From Bacteroidia bacterium (lineage in GTDB: Bacteria > Bacteroidota > Bacteroidia > JACCXN01): DNA of 64,000 nt. This document shows positions 10,501 through 19,564 of this stretch, in pieces (within the stretch, counting starts at the first letter, position 1; each line of letters starts with the position of its first letter). A program made the translations under genes and the position numbers. The notes under the pieces are model-generated. The model had not been told where the DNA came from and searched no databases. It saw nothing but the letters and a program-made list of their open reading frames with translations. The DNA lies in NCBI GenBank assembly GCA_046299555.1, contig JBKBHS010000004.1, positions 52,056 through 116,055 of the forward strand. The letters are read 5' to 3'.

Positions 10501-10513
10501 CCTTACTTTGCAT
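7511..10513 (-). CDS. secDF: Fused protein translocase subunit SecDF
   Basis: INLGLDLQGGMNVTLEV, RIDKFGVSQPNIQ, LKAGKLPAP, GMSVDANVLIYERVREE, GVDFKGG, GYSINDTVVVFDRIRE. Confidence 0.97.
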   Translation of the reverse strand: MQSKAAIKFFAIVFALVCLYQLSFTWITARVEKQAKEYAQGDEELERRYLDSISSEGVYNILIKNYTYRECKDREINLGLDLQGGMNVTLEVSVVDLIRAMANNSTDPTFNAAIEKALEMQKNSQEDFVTLFGKAFAMIDPNAKLASPAIFGTRELSNKINAFESTNEEVLAVIREEAESAIERSFNILRTRIDKFGVSQPNIQRLGNSGRILVELPGVKDKERVRKLLQGTAKLEFWETYENTEIYPLLEKANTVLKEIQEGDSLKVISTDKDSTNIALAQNDTTKADTTKEKSLSDLLAGADSAKTDSTTANNQDFEKFAKENPLFAVMRPSIYQEGGNYYPGRGPVVGYVAIKDTAKVNKMLAEKRVKALFPPRIKFLWTVKPYDQEGKFVQLIAIKVTNRDGSAPLEGDVIVDARQDFGQFGKTPEVNMTMNAEGAKKWKLLTKENIGKSIAIVLDDYVYSFPTVQGEISGGNSSITGNFTINEAKDLANILKAGKLPAPARIVEEAIVGPSLGKEAIRAGLISFILSLVLVLLYMAFWYSHAGWVANLALFANVFFIMGVLASLGAVLTLPGIAGIVLIIGMSVDANVLIYERVREELSNGKGLRLAIEDGYKNAYSSIIDANVTSLLTGIILYVFGTGPIRGFATTLVIGILTSLFAAIFITRLVFMSLLDKNKNISFASKITENAFKGLSIDFVGKRKLYYSISGVIILAGIVSFFTKGFNLGVDFKGGRSYVVRFENNVSTVDVRSALTNAFGEAPEVKTFGGDNQVKITTKFMIDDNSEDADNKVEEALNSGLTQMGVKYEVMSSQKVGPTIADDIKTSAVWAILFSLFVIFLYIVIRFKRWQFGLGALIALFHDVMIILSVFSIFYNILPFSMEIDQAFIAAILTVIGYSINDTVVVFDRIREYLGMVTNRKEVKEVINDALNSTLSRTFNTSITIFVVLLAIFLFGGEVIRGFSFALLVGIVVGTYSSLCIATPIVVDFMKEKKEEKKA

Positions 10514-10667
10514 AATTTATTGAATATTAATAATTACTTTGCTTTTAATTTTAAGGCTGCAAATATAGAATAACAATTATTATTTACCAATTTTAATTAA
10601 TTGCTTTAAATGTTCGCATTAAATAGTGCTTTTAAGTACATTTGTAAATAAAACACTACTAAAAATA

Positions 10668-12881
10668 ATGAATAAAATAATTTCAACTTTAATCTTCAGT
10701 TTATCCATTTCCTTATTTTCATTTTCGCAACAGAGTTTTACAAGGTTAGACACCATACCTGTTCGACTATCAAGTTCTTCATCTAACTTATTGAATGCAT
10801 GGGCAGGGGGATTAAATGCTTGTCAATTTTCAGCAATAGATTTGAATTTTGACGGGATTAAAGATTTAGTAGTATTTGACAGAAGCGGCAATCGTTTAAA
10901 AACTTTCATAAATGCCGGAATTTCAGATTCGGTAAGATATATTCATGCACCACAGTTTGAATCGAAATTTCCGATAGTGCATGACTGGATAAAGTTAATT
11001 GACTATAACTGCGATGGCAAAGAAGATATATTTACTTACGGACTTGGTGCAATGGTTGTTTATAAAAATACTTCTTCCATAGCTACAGGAATTCAATTTG
11101 AAATGGTAACGAATTATTTAACTTCTCTTTATCCTAATAATCCCCCGGTATATATCAATATATATTCGAGTGCTGTAGATTTTCCGGCTATAATTGATTT
11201 AGATGGCGATGGCGATTTAGATATACTTACCTTTACAAATCTTGGAACATTTGTAGAATATCATAAAAATATGAGTATAGAGTTGTTTGGGCATTGTGAT
11301 AGTTTAAAATTTCAATTAGAAGATGATTGCTGGGGGAAATTTTCTGAAAATTTTGCCAATAATTCTGTGCAATTAAACATTAGTTGTAAAGGTTCAATGG
11401 CACCATCAGTTCCAAATGCTTCAAACAATCCGCTTCATGCAGGTTCTACAATGTTGGCATTTGATCCCAATAAAGACGGATTGATAGACTTAATGCTGGG
11501 AGATATTTCTTTTACCAACTTAAACCTACTTTTTAATGGAGGAAGCACAAGCAATGCTCATATTACCAGCCAAGATTCAACATTTCCAACGTATAACTTA
11601 CCGGTAAACATGAATATTTTTCCCGTAGCATCGTATCTCGATTTAAATAATGACTCTAAAAAAGATTTATTAGTTAGTCCTTTTGCTCCTAATGTTTCTG
11701 AAAATTTTAATAGTGTGTGGTATTATAAAAATACAGCAATAGGAATTCAAGACTCTTTTACGTTTCAAAAAAATAATTTTTTACAAGACCAAATGATTGA
11801 AGTAGGAGAAGGTGCATACCCAACTTTGTTTGATTATGATGGCGATGGCGATGATGATTTAATTGTAGCAAACTATGGTTATTACAGTACAGGAGGAAAT
11901 TTTAATTCACGATTGGCATTATTTCGAAATTATGGTACTAATGTTTTTCCACGTTATGAATTAATTACACGCGATTATGCTAATTTATCCTTTCATAATT
12001 TAAGAGCTATGTACCCTACCTTTGGCGATTTAGATGGAGATGGTGATAAAGATATGATTATAGGCGATATTGACGGACGCCTGCATTATTTTGAAAATTT
12101 GGGAGGAGCGGGAAATATGGCCAATTTTGTATTGGCACAACCCAATTATTTTGGAATAGATGTAGGGCAATTTGCAACTCCTCAACTTTTTGATGTAAAC
12201 AGTGATGGTAAATTAGATTTAATAATTGGCGAAAGAAACGGAACTTTTAACTATGCTCCTAATTTGGGCACTATTTCCAATCCACAGTTTTCTACTTTGG
12301 TTGAATTTTTTGGAAATGTAAGTGTTACAGCTCCCAATTTTACAGTTGGCTACAGTACTCCATTTATGTATCGAAAAAACAACATTACCTATATGTTGTC
12401 AGGTTCTGAAAGCGGCAGACTTTTTTTATTTTCCAATATTGACAATAATCTAAACGGTACTTTTACAATATTATCATCTGATTATAATTTTATACGTGAA
12501 GGTATTCGTACCGCAGTATTTTGTAAAGACATTAATAATGACGGATATGATGAAATGTGGATTGGAAACTATGCAGGCGGATTATCGTTTTATAAAGGAA
12601 TTGCTTATACAGGAATTGAAGCTTCTACAACAAATACAAGCAAATTAAAAATTTATCCAAACCCGGCTTACGAATATGTAAATATACAAATTCCTGCCTT
12701 ATACGAAAATGCTATCTTTCAAGTATTTGATTTAAGTGGTAGAAAAATTTTGGAAGAAAATTTACCAGAGCAAAAACTTACTCATATTTTTTCGATAAAT
12801 AATTTACAAAAAGGAGTATATTTTATTGTAGTGTCGAAAGAAGGACTAAATAGTATTAGTGAAAAATTAATGGTTCAATAA
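10668..12881 (+). CDS. T9SS cargo with FG-GAP/VCBS repeats and type A C-terminal sorting domain
   Basis: Repeated DLDGDGDLD/DYDGDGDDDL/DVNSDGKLDL; CTD KIYPNPA...KGVYFI...KLMVQ. Start moved to the ATG at 10668 because TACATTTG (10637-10644) lies downstream of the track's GTG. Confidence 0.88.
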   Translation: MNKIISTLIFSLSISLFSFSQQSFTRLDTIPVRLSSSSSNLLNAWAGGLNACQFSAIDLNFDGIKDLVVFDRSGNRLKTFINAGISDSVRYIHAPQFESKFPIVHDWIKLIDYNCDGKEDIFTYGLGAMVVYKNTSSIATGIQFEMVTNYLTSLYPNNPPVYINIYSSAVDFPAIIDLDGDGDLDILTFTNLGTFVEYHKNMSIELFGHCDSLKFQLEDDCWGKFSENFANNSVQLNISCKGSMAPSVPNASNNPLHAGSTMLAFDPNKDGLIDLMLGDISFTNLNLLFNGGSTSNAHITSQDSTFPTYNLPVNMNIFPVASYLDLNNDSKKDLLVSPFAPNVSENFNSVWYYKNTAIGIQDSFTFQKNNFLQDQMIEVGEGAYPTLFDYDGDGDDDLIVANYGYYSTGGNFNSRLALFRNYGTNVFPRYELITRDYANLSFHNLRAMYPTFGDLDGDGDKDMIIGDIDGRLHYFENLGGAGNMANFVLAQPNYFGIDVGQFATPQLFDVNSDGKLDLIIGERNGTFNYAPNLGTISNPQFSTLVEFFGNVSVTAPNFTVGYSTPFMYRKNNITYMLSGSESGRLFLFSNIDNNLNGTFTILSSDYNFIREGIRTAVFCKDINNDGYDEMWIGNYAGGLSFYKGIAYTGIEASTTNTSKLKIYPNPAYEYVNIQIPALYENAIFQVFDLSGRKILEENLPEQKLTHIFSINNLQKGVYFIVVSKEGLNSISEKLMVQ

Positions 12882-12918
12882 AATCTTTATCTTCGTTTTT
12901 AATTTCATTAATGATGTA

Positions 12919-14832
12919 ATGCGCAGCTGTATTAAAGTTATTATACTTCTAATTGCATTTTCACTTTTTAGTAAAGTTCTAAAATCGGAAAATCAAAATT
13001 TTGAGTTGATTTTACCTAAAGCAATTTTAAAAGGTGTAAATACAAGTATTAATGTTAAAACATCAGATGAATCATTTAACGATACTATAAATGCAGTAAT
13101 TAATGGGAAAGATGTTCAACTTCTATTCCATAAAGGAATTGCGGAGTTTGAATATGAAATAAATGAAAATGAAATTTCAATCGTTTCTGATACATTTCAA
13201 ATAAAAAAAAATGTTCGTCCCATTCCATTATGGCTTTCCATATTACCTCCTTTAATTGCCATTTTTATGGCGCTTTTATTTAGAGAAGTTCTTTCTTCAT
13301 TATTCATAGGAATATTTTCAGGAGCTTTTATTATCTATATTTATAAAGATGGAGCTATAGGTATATTTAGCGCTTTTTTAGCGGTGTTGGATGAATATAT
13401 CATAAAGTCGCTAAACAACTGGGATCATTTAGCGGTCATTATTTTTTCCATGACCATAGGAGGAATGGTAACTCTTATTTCTAAAAATGGAGGCATGCAA
13501 GGAGTGGTAGATAAAATTTCGGTGTATGCCAAAAATGCTCGTTCAGGCCAATTGGTTACATGGATTTTGGGAGTGATAATTTTTTTTGATGATTATGCAA
13601 ATACTTTAGTTGTGGGTAATACCATGCGTCCGGTTACGGATAAACTTAAAATTTCAAGAGAAAAATTAAGTTATCTGGTTGATTCATCTGCAGCTCCTAT
13701 TGCAGCTATTGCCTTTGTTACAACATGGATTGGTGCAGAGTTAGGGTATATTAAAGATAGTGTTGAAAATATTGCTGATTTAAATGAAAGTGCATATGCC
13801 ATATTTTTTAATTCATTACAATATTCCTTTTATCCTATTCTAACTTTATTTTTCATGTTAATGCTTATTTGGAAAGCAAAGGATTTTGGACCTATGTATA
13901 AGGCTGAGGTTAGAAGCAGAACTAGCGGAAAAGTAAGTAGTGAAAATTCAAAATCAGAAGAAACAGTACATGAAGAAGTAGCTGCATTGAATCCTAAAGC
14001 AGGAGTGAAAGTGAGATGGTATAATGCCGCAATTCCCGTTTTGGTAATTATTATAGGAACAATTTGTGGTTTGCTTTATACCGGTTGGGATTCGGAAATT
14101 TGGAATAGTAATGAAATAGGTTTTGTAAAAAAACTTTCTAAAATAATTGGTAATGCTAATTCATACCTTTCTTTACTTTGGTCGTCTTTAACGGCATTAG
14201 CTGTAGCTATGTTGTTAACACTCTCTCAACGATTGTTAAATCTTACAGAAACATTAGAAAGCATTACCAAAGGATTTAAAACCATGCTTTCAGCCATTTT
14301 AATATTAGTAATGGCTTGGTCATTAGCTGCAATTACCGAAGACTTACATACTGCTGATTTCATAACTCATTCATTACTATCGTTTAAATTATCTCCCGAA
14401 TGGATACCGGCTATTACATTTATTATTGCCGGTATTATTTCTTTCTCTACTGGATCTTCGTGGGGAACAATGGCTATTTTATATCCTTTAATTTTACCGG
14501 CTTCATGGTTAATTTGTAAAGAAAGTAATTTTGATTATCAAAGCTCGCTGGCCATCTTTCATAATGTAGCATCATGCGTACTTGCAGGTTCAGTTTTAGG
14601 AGATCATTGTTCACCCATCTCTGATACTACTATTTTAAGTTCACTTGCCAGCTCCTGCAATCATATCGATCATGTAAAAACACAAATGCCTTATGCTTTA
14701 ACCGTAGGAGCAGTATCTGTTATTTTTGGTACCATTCCCTCAGCTTTGGGAATTTCATCATTATTATTATTTCCAATTTCTATCTTCATCTTATTTTTAA
14801 TAATTCAATTTTTTGGAAAAAAAATAAATTAA
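12919..14832 (+). CDS. Na+/H+ antiporter NhaC-family membrane protein with N-terminal soluble extension
   Basis: IFFDDYANTLVVG, YLVDSSAAP, SFSTGSSWGT, GDHCSPISDTTILSS, HVKTQMPYA. Confidence 0.88.
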   Translation: MRSCIKVIILLIAFSLFSKVLKSENQNFELILPKAILKGVNTSINVKTSDESFNDTINAVINGKDVQLLFHKGIAEFEYEINENEISIVSDTFQIKKNVRPIPLWLSILPPLIAIFMALLFREVLSSLFIGIFSGAFIIYIYKDGAIGIFSAFLAVLDEYIIKSLNNWDHLAVIIFSMTIGGMVTLISKNGGMQGVVDKISVYAKNARSGQLVTWILGVIIFFDDYANTLVVGNTMRPVTDKLKISREKLSYLVDSSAAPIAAIAFVTTWIGAELGYIKDSVENIADLNESAYAIFFNSLQYSFYPILTLFFMLMLIWKAKDFGPMYKAEVRSRTSGKVSSENSKSEETVHEEVAALNPKAGVKVRWYNAAIPVLVIIIGTICGLLYTGWDSEIWNSNEIGFVKKLSKIIGNANSYLSLLWSSLTALAVAMLLTLSQRLLNLTETLESITKGFKTMLSAILILVMAWSLAAITEDLHTADFITHSLLSFKLSPEWIPAITFIIAGIISFSTGSSWGTMAILYPLILPASWLICKESNFDYQSSLAIFHNVASCVLAGSVLGDHCSPISDTTILSSLASSCNHIDHVKTQMPYALTVGAVSVIFGTIPSALGISSLLLFPISIFILFLIIQFFGKKIN

Positions 14833-14944
14833 AAAACGATTTCTTTGTATAAGATCTTTTAAGCAAGAGAAAAAAGAATTTAAGTAATATTTCTTTGATG
14901 TTAAATCAATTCTTATTTTTACAATAGTCTTTGTTATTGAAATT

Positions 14945-17926
14945 TTGAAGCGAAACTTATTTTATATTGCTTTTTATTTATGTTGCTTTTGTGTAAATAC
15001 CATATCAGCACAAACCTACAATTTTCAATATTTTACGGTTGAAAACGGCTTATCTCAGTCAGAAATTACATGTATTTACGAAGATACAAGAGGTTTTTTA
15101 TGGCTTGGAACAGCAGGCGGTGGGATAAATATGTTTGATGGAATAAATTTTAAATCGTACGAAGAAAAAGACGGTTTGAACGGAAGTATTATAACAGCAA
15201 TAAACGAAGATAACGAAGGTAATTTATGGATTGGTACGACTTGGGGAGGAGTTAATAAATTTAATGGTAGAACAATAAAATATTTTAATCGTGAATCAGG
15301 CTTATTGGATAATTATATTTCTTCGATAGTAACTGATAATGATGGTAAGGTTTGGGTCGGATCCCATAAAGGGATTTGTGTTTTTAACGGGGTTGAGTTT
15401 ATACATTTTACCGAAAAAAATGGATTAAAAACAGGTGATGTAAATTACCTGTTTAAAGATTTATCAGGAAGAATTTGGATAGCCGGAAAACAAGGCCTTC
15501 AATTTTACGAAAACAAAAAACTAAACCTTGTAAATCTTAATGGAATTGATCCCAATATTCTTTTTTTAGAACAAGATATTGAAGGAAATATTTGGTTTTA
15601 CAATGCTTCAGGAAAAGTTTACTTTATTAATAAAGAAAATGAAATAATTCCTTTTTCATATAATTATTTATTGAATAATTCCGGTATTAGCTCGATGCAT
15701 TGCGATAATGAAGGCAATGTTTGGATAGCAACAACAGATTTTTGGCTAATAAGATTTTATAAAGATGAAATAGAAATTTTTACAACCGATAATGGAGTCC
15801 CTAAAATACCCATAGTTTCGATGTATAAAGATCGATCCGGTAATTTATGGTTAGGAACACAAGGATATGGTTTAGTAAAATACACCAATACACCGTTTAT
15901 GTACTTTGAAAAATTCGATGGATTAAATTCTCCCTCTATATTTAACATCGTTCAAGATAGTAAGGGTGATATTTGGGTAGCAAGTGTTATTGATGGTTTA
16001 ACAAAATTTGATGGGAAAAAAGTTACGCGATGGAATACAGTTGGACAATTACCCTCTTTAACCATTTACGGTTTATCAATAGATAAACATGATATATTAT
16101 GGATAGCCACCAAAGAAGGCCTTTGCAAATTCGATGGGAAAAAATTTACCACTTATACAACTAAGGATGGATTACCAACCAATAAAATTCGTTCCGTATT
16201 ATCAGATAGCAAAGGAAATGTATGGGTTGGTACCTCAGGACATGGCTTATATAAATATACTGATGGAAAAAGTTTTATCAAAGTAAGCGATAAAGAAGGA
16301 TTAGACAAACAAAGCATACATTGTATTTTTGAAGATAAAAATCAAAACATTTGGTGTGGAACAGGAGCCGGAGCATTTAAAATATCAAAAGAAAATATAT
16401 CGCATTACGGAACAGAGCAAGGTTTGTGTAATAGTTATATTGGTTCAATTACGCAAGATAAAAATGGTAAAATATGGTTTGCAACAGACAGATGCATTGC
16501 AAGCTATGATGGAATAAAAATTAAAACTTTCGATCAAAAACAAGGTTTAGCGTCTAATACTATCTATCTAATTCAATTTGACGATGAAGGAAATTTGTGG
16601 GTAGGAACAAATAAAGGTTTAGATAAAATTTCATTTTCATCTTATGGTCAAATTCAAAGCATAAAGCATTATTCCAAGTCAGAAGGATTTATCGGTATAG
16701 AATGCAATGCACGCTCAGTAATGAAAGATAATGAGGGTAATTTGTATTTTGGAACTGTAAAAGGTTTAACTAAATATAATCCTAAATTAGATGTTCCAGA
16801 TTTAGTAGAACCGGATTTACATATTACCAACATAAATTTATTTTACGAACCTACCGATTGGAAACAATATGCCAAAAATGTAACACTTTGGTTTCAATTA
16901 CCACAAAACCTTGTGTTGCCTTACGATAAGAATCATCTAACTTTCGAATTTAAAGCCATCACCAAAACATCGCCTGAAAAAACTGTTTATAGTTTTATAC
17001 TCGAAGGCTTTGATGAACAATGGAGTCCCTTTTCAACACAATCATTTGTAACTTACCCAAAAATTCCGCCCGGAAAATATATCTTTAAAGTAAAAGCTTG
17101 CAATGGAAGTAATATATGTACAAAGCAACCTATAAGTTTTACTTTTGAAATATCTGCTCCGTTTTGGAAGACTACTTGGTTTAATTTATTAATTTTTTTC
17201 ATAACGGTATTCACTATTATTAAAATAGTGCAATACAGAGAACGCAAACAAAAAGCCGTTGAAGAAGCATTAGAAAAAACTGTTGCCGAACGTACACAAG
17301 AAATTAAAAAACAAAAAGAACAAATTGAAGTATTATTAAAAGAAATACATCATCGGGTTAAGAATAATCTACAAATCATCAATAGTTTAATTAATCTCCA
17401 ATCGGGATATGTAAATGATGAGCAGGTGCAAGAAATGTTTAAAGAGGCACGAAATAGAATAATTACCATGGCCTTAATTCATGAAAAATTGTATGAGTCA
17501 AAAGATTTAACCAATATCAATTTAAAAGAATACATTTCTAAGCTTATTGATTATTTAAAATCATCATACCTGCTAAACAAAGAAGTGGTAATTAAAACCA
17601 AAATTGAAGAAATAAAATTGAATATCGATACTGTTATTCCTTTAGGTATATTGATTAATGAAATAATTTCAAATTCATTAAAATATGCATTTAACGATAA
17701 TGTTATAAACCCTGAAATTGAAATTGTAATTTCGAAAAAACAAGATGAATACGAGTTAATAGCCGGTGATAATGGTAAAGGTTTTGACAAAAAACTTTTT
17801 TATAATGAAACCAATACCCTTGGGCTTGAACTTATAAAATTGCTTTCTGAGCAGCTTAATGGTTCGGTAAAAATTCTTGATAAACCTGGTACTTGGTACC
17901 AAATTAAATTTAAAGGTATATCGTAA
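14945..17926 (+). CDS. Sensor histidine kinase with periplasmic two-component regulator propeller, Y_Y_Y domain and HisKA_2-type kinase
   Basis: Repeated D..GNLWIGT/DGL motifs, one TM helix, LLKEIHHRVKNNLQII, ELIAGDNGKG, LGLELI. Confidence 0.9.
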   Translation: MKRNLFYIAFYLCCFCVNTISAQTYNFQYFTVENGLSQSEITCIYEDTRGFLWLGTAGGGINMFDGINFKSYEEKDGLNGSIITAINEDNEGNLWIGTTWGGVNKFNGRTIKYFNRESGLLDNYISSIVTDNDGKVWVGSHKGICVFNGVEFIHFTEKNGLKTGDVNYLFKDLSGRIWIAGKQGLQFYENKKLNLVNLNGIDPNILFLEQDIEGNIWFYNASGKVYFINKENEIIPFSYNYLLNNSGISSMHCDNEGNVWIATTDFWLIRFYKDEIEIFTTDNGVPKIPIVSMYKDRSGNLWLGTQGYGLVKYTNTPFMYFEKFDGLNSPSIFNIVQDSKGDIWVASVIDGLTKFDGKKVTRWNTVGQLPSLTIYGLSIDKHDILWIATKEGLCKFDGKKFTTYTTKDGLPTNKIRSVLSDSKGNVWVGTSGHGLYKYTDGKSFIKVSDKEGLDKQSIHCIFEDKNQNIWCGTGAGAFKISKENISHYGTEQGLCNSYIGSITQDKNGKIWFATDRCIASYDGIKIKTFDQKQGLASNTIYLIQFDDEGNLWVGTNKGLDKISFSSYGQIQSIKHYSKSEGFIGIECNARSVMKDNEGNLYFGTVKGLTKYNPKLDVPDLVEPDLHITNINLFYEPTDWKQYAKNVTLWFQLPQNLVLPYDKNHLTFEFKAITKTSPEKTVYSFILEGFDEQWSPFSTQSFVTYPKIPPGKYIFKVKACNGSNICTKQPISFTFEISAPFWKTTWFNLLIFFITVFTIIKIVQYRERKQKAVEEALEKTVAERTQEIKKQKEQIEVLLKEIHHRVKNNLQIINSLINLQSGYVNDEQVQEMFKEARNRIITMALIHEKLYESKDLTNINLKEYISKLIDYLKSSYLLNKEVVIKTKIEEIKLNIDTVIPLGILINEIISNSLKYAFNDNVINPEIEIVISKKQDEYELIAGDNGKGFDKKLFYNETNTLGLELIKLLSEQLNGSVKILDKPGTWYQIKFKGIS

Positions 17927-17937
17927 ATAAAATAAAT

Positions 17938-18504
17938 ATGTTCGAATACCTTGAAATACTCGATCAACAACTTTTTTTATATTTAAATCAATTTCATTCA
18001 CCTTTTTTCGATGAATTGATGCGTTGGATAACTCATCGATTTACTTGGATTCCGCTGTATATTTTGTTAGCCTATTTAGCTTATGTTAAAATGAGTATAA
18101 AGCATTTTTTGTTAATGCTGTGTATGGCTATTGTACTTATTTTTTTGAGCGATCAACTTTCTGTTCATTTATTTAAAAATATTTTTTTACGATATCGTCC
18201 TTGTCATAACCTTTTGCTTCAAAATAAAATTCATTTAATTAATGGTTGTGGAGGTCTTTACGGATTCGTTTCCTCACATGCTTCCAACACCTTTGCATTG
18301 GCGGTATTTATGGGAATACTTTTACATTCCCATTACAAAAAAATATTTGTTGCATTACTCATTTGGGCAGTTATTGTTTCATACAGTAGAATTTATGCCG
18401 GGGTTCATTATCCTGCAGATATTATAGTGGGCGCATTATTAGGAAGCATATTGGCTTTAATAATGCAAAAAATTTATCAAAGATTTGAAAAAAAGCTTGA
18501 GTAG
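17938..18504 (+). CDS. PAP2-family phosphatase
   Basis: K..F.RYRPC, FVSSHASN, SRIYAGVHYPADI. Confidence 0.9.
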   Translation: MFEYLEILDQQLFLYLNQFHSPFFDELMRWITHRFTWIPLYILLAYLAYVKMSIKHFLLMLCMAIVLIFLSDQLSVHLFKNIFLRYRPCHNLLLQNKIHLINGCGGLYGFVSSHASNTFALAVFMGILLHSHYKKIFVALLIWAVIVSYSRIYAGVHYPADIIVGALLGSILALIMQKIYQRFEKKLE

Positions 18505-18619
18505 GATATTGAAAAAGAGTTCGTTAGATTTATTTTAGAATTCGTTACAAAATATTTAAACAAAGCATGCTTAGTTTCAAAATATTTCCTTAATATTGCA
18601 GTCCCAAAAAATTAAGGTC

Positions 18620-18973
18620 ATGGATTTAATTAAGATAGTAGAAAAAGAATTTGCAGCAGGTAAAGAAATTCCAAGCTTCAAATCAGGTGATACGGTTACC
18701 GTAAGTTACCAAATTAAAGAAGGTGATAAAACACGTATCCAAAAATTTCAGGGTATTGTTATTCAAAAAAGCGGTCAAGGTTCTAGAGCTACATTTACTG
18801 TTAGAAAAGTATCAGACGGTATTGGTGTAGAAAGAATTTTCCCGGTTTCTTCTCCATTTATTGAAGAAGTAGTTGTTAATAAACGCGGAAGCGTTCGCAG
18901 AGCTCGTTTATTTTATTTACGTAAAGCTGTAGGTAAAGCAGCTCGTATTAAAGAGAAAAAAATGACCAAATAA
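18620..18973 (+). CDS. rplS: 50S ribosomal protein L19
   Basis: [37 protein letters not shown]; ATG at 18620 (the track's TTG start at 18596 is likely an overextension). Confidence 0.97.
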   Translation: MDLIKIVEKEFAAGKEIPSFKSGDTVTVSYQIKEGDKTRIQKFQGIVIQKSGQGSRATFTVRKVSDGIGVERIFPVSSPFIEEVVVNKRGSVRRARLFYLRKAVGKAARIKEKKMTK

Positions 18974-18994
18974 TATAATTATTAAGAAATATAG

Positions 18995-19024
18995 AAACCC
19001 CTTCCAAAACAGAAGGGGTTTTTT
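18995..19024 (+). terminator. Intrinsic terminator after rplS
   Basis: AAACCCCTTC-loop-GAAGGGGTTT then T-run. Confidence 0.8.
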
Positions 19025-19105
19025 ATTTGTCTTATTTAACGAATTTTTCGAGAATTTTTTTGCATTGTTACTTACATTAGTTTTGAAATACAACCAAAAT
19101 CACAT

Positions 19106-19561
19106 ATGAAGCTAAAAGTTATTTTAATACTTTTTTGCGTACTTACATTTCAAAAAATAATCGCACAGGAATTTTACATAGATAATCGATTATTTGATGT
19201 TTACACACTACAATATATTGAAGAATTAAAATCTAAAAATATAGATCAACTCTTATATCTAAACTATTTTTTAGACCATGGATGGTATATTGATAAATTA
19301 CCAAAAGAAAAATTAACAACCATTCAATCACTCAAATTACTTATAAATACAGACATTCATTCAGAAACAGAATTAAGTGAAATTTTATCAGATTCTAATC
19401 GGTATAAAGAATTTAATATTCTTAAGTATCAAATAATTCGAAATGCAAAAGGCAATACGGTATATAAGATAAACGATGATGGGTTAGTGTTAATTATATA
19501 TGGTAATGACCAATTAATGCAAGCATTTAATTCATATAGAAATAAATTTATAGAGAAATAG
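19106..19561 (+). CDS. Exported hypothetical protein
   Basis: 151 aa, signal peptide ending IIA-QE, 3 nt before the next gene. Confidence 0.7.
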   Translation: MKLKVILILFCVLTFQKIIAQEFYIDNRLFDVYTLQYIEELKSKNIDQLLYLNYFLDHGWYIDKLPKEKLTTIQSLKLLINTDIHSETELSEILSDSNRYKEFNILKYQIIRNAKGNTVYKINDDGLVLIIYGNDQLMQAFNSYRNKFIEK

Positions 19562-19564
19562 CAC

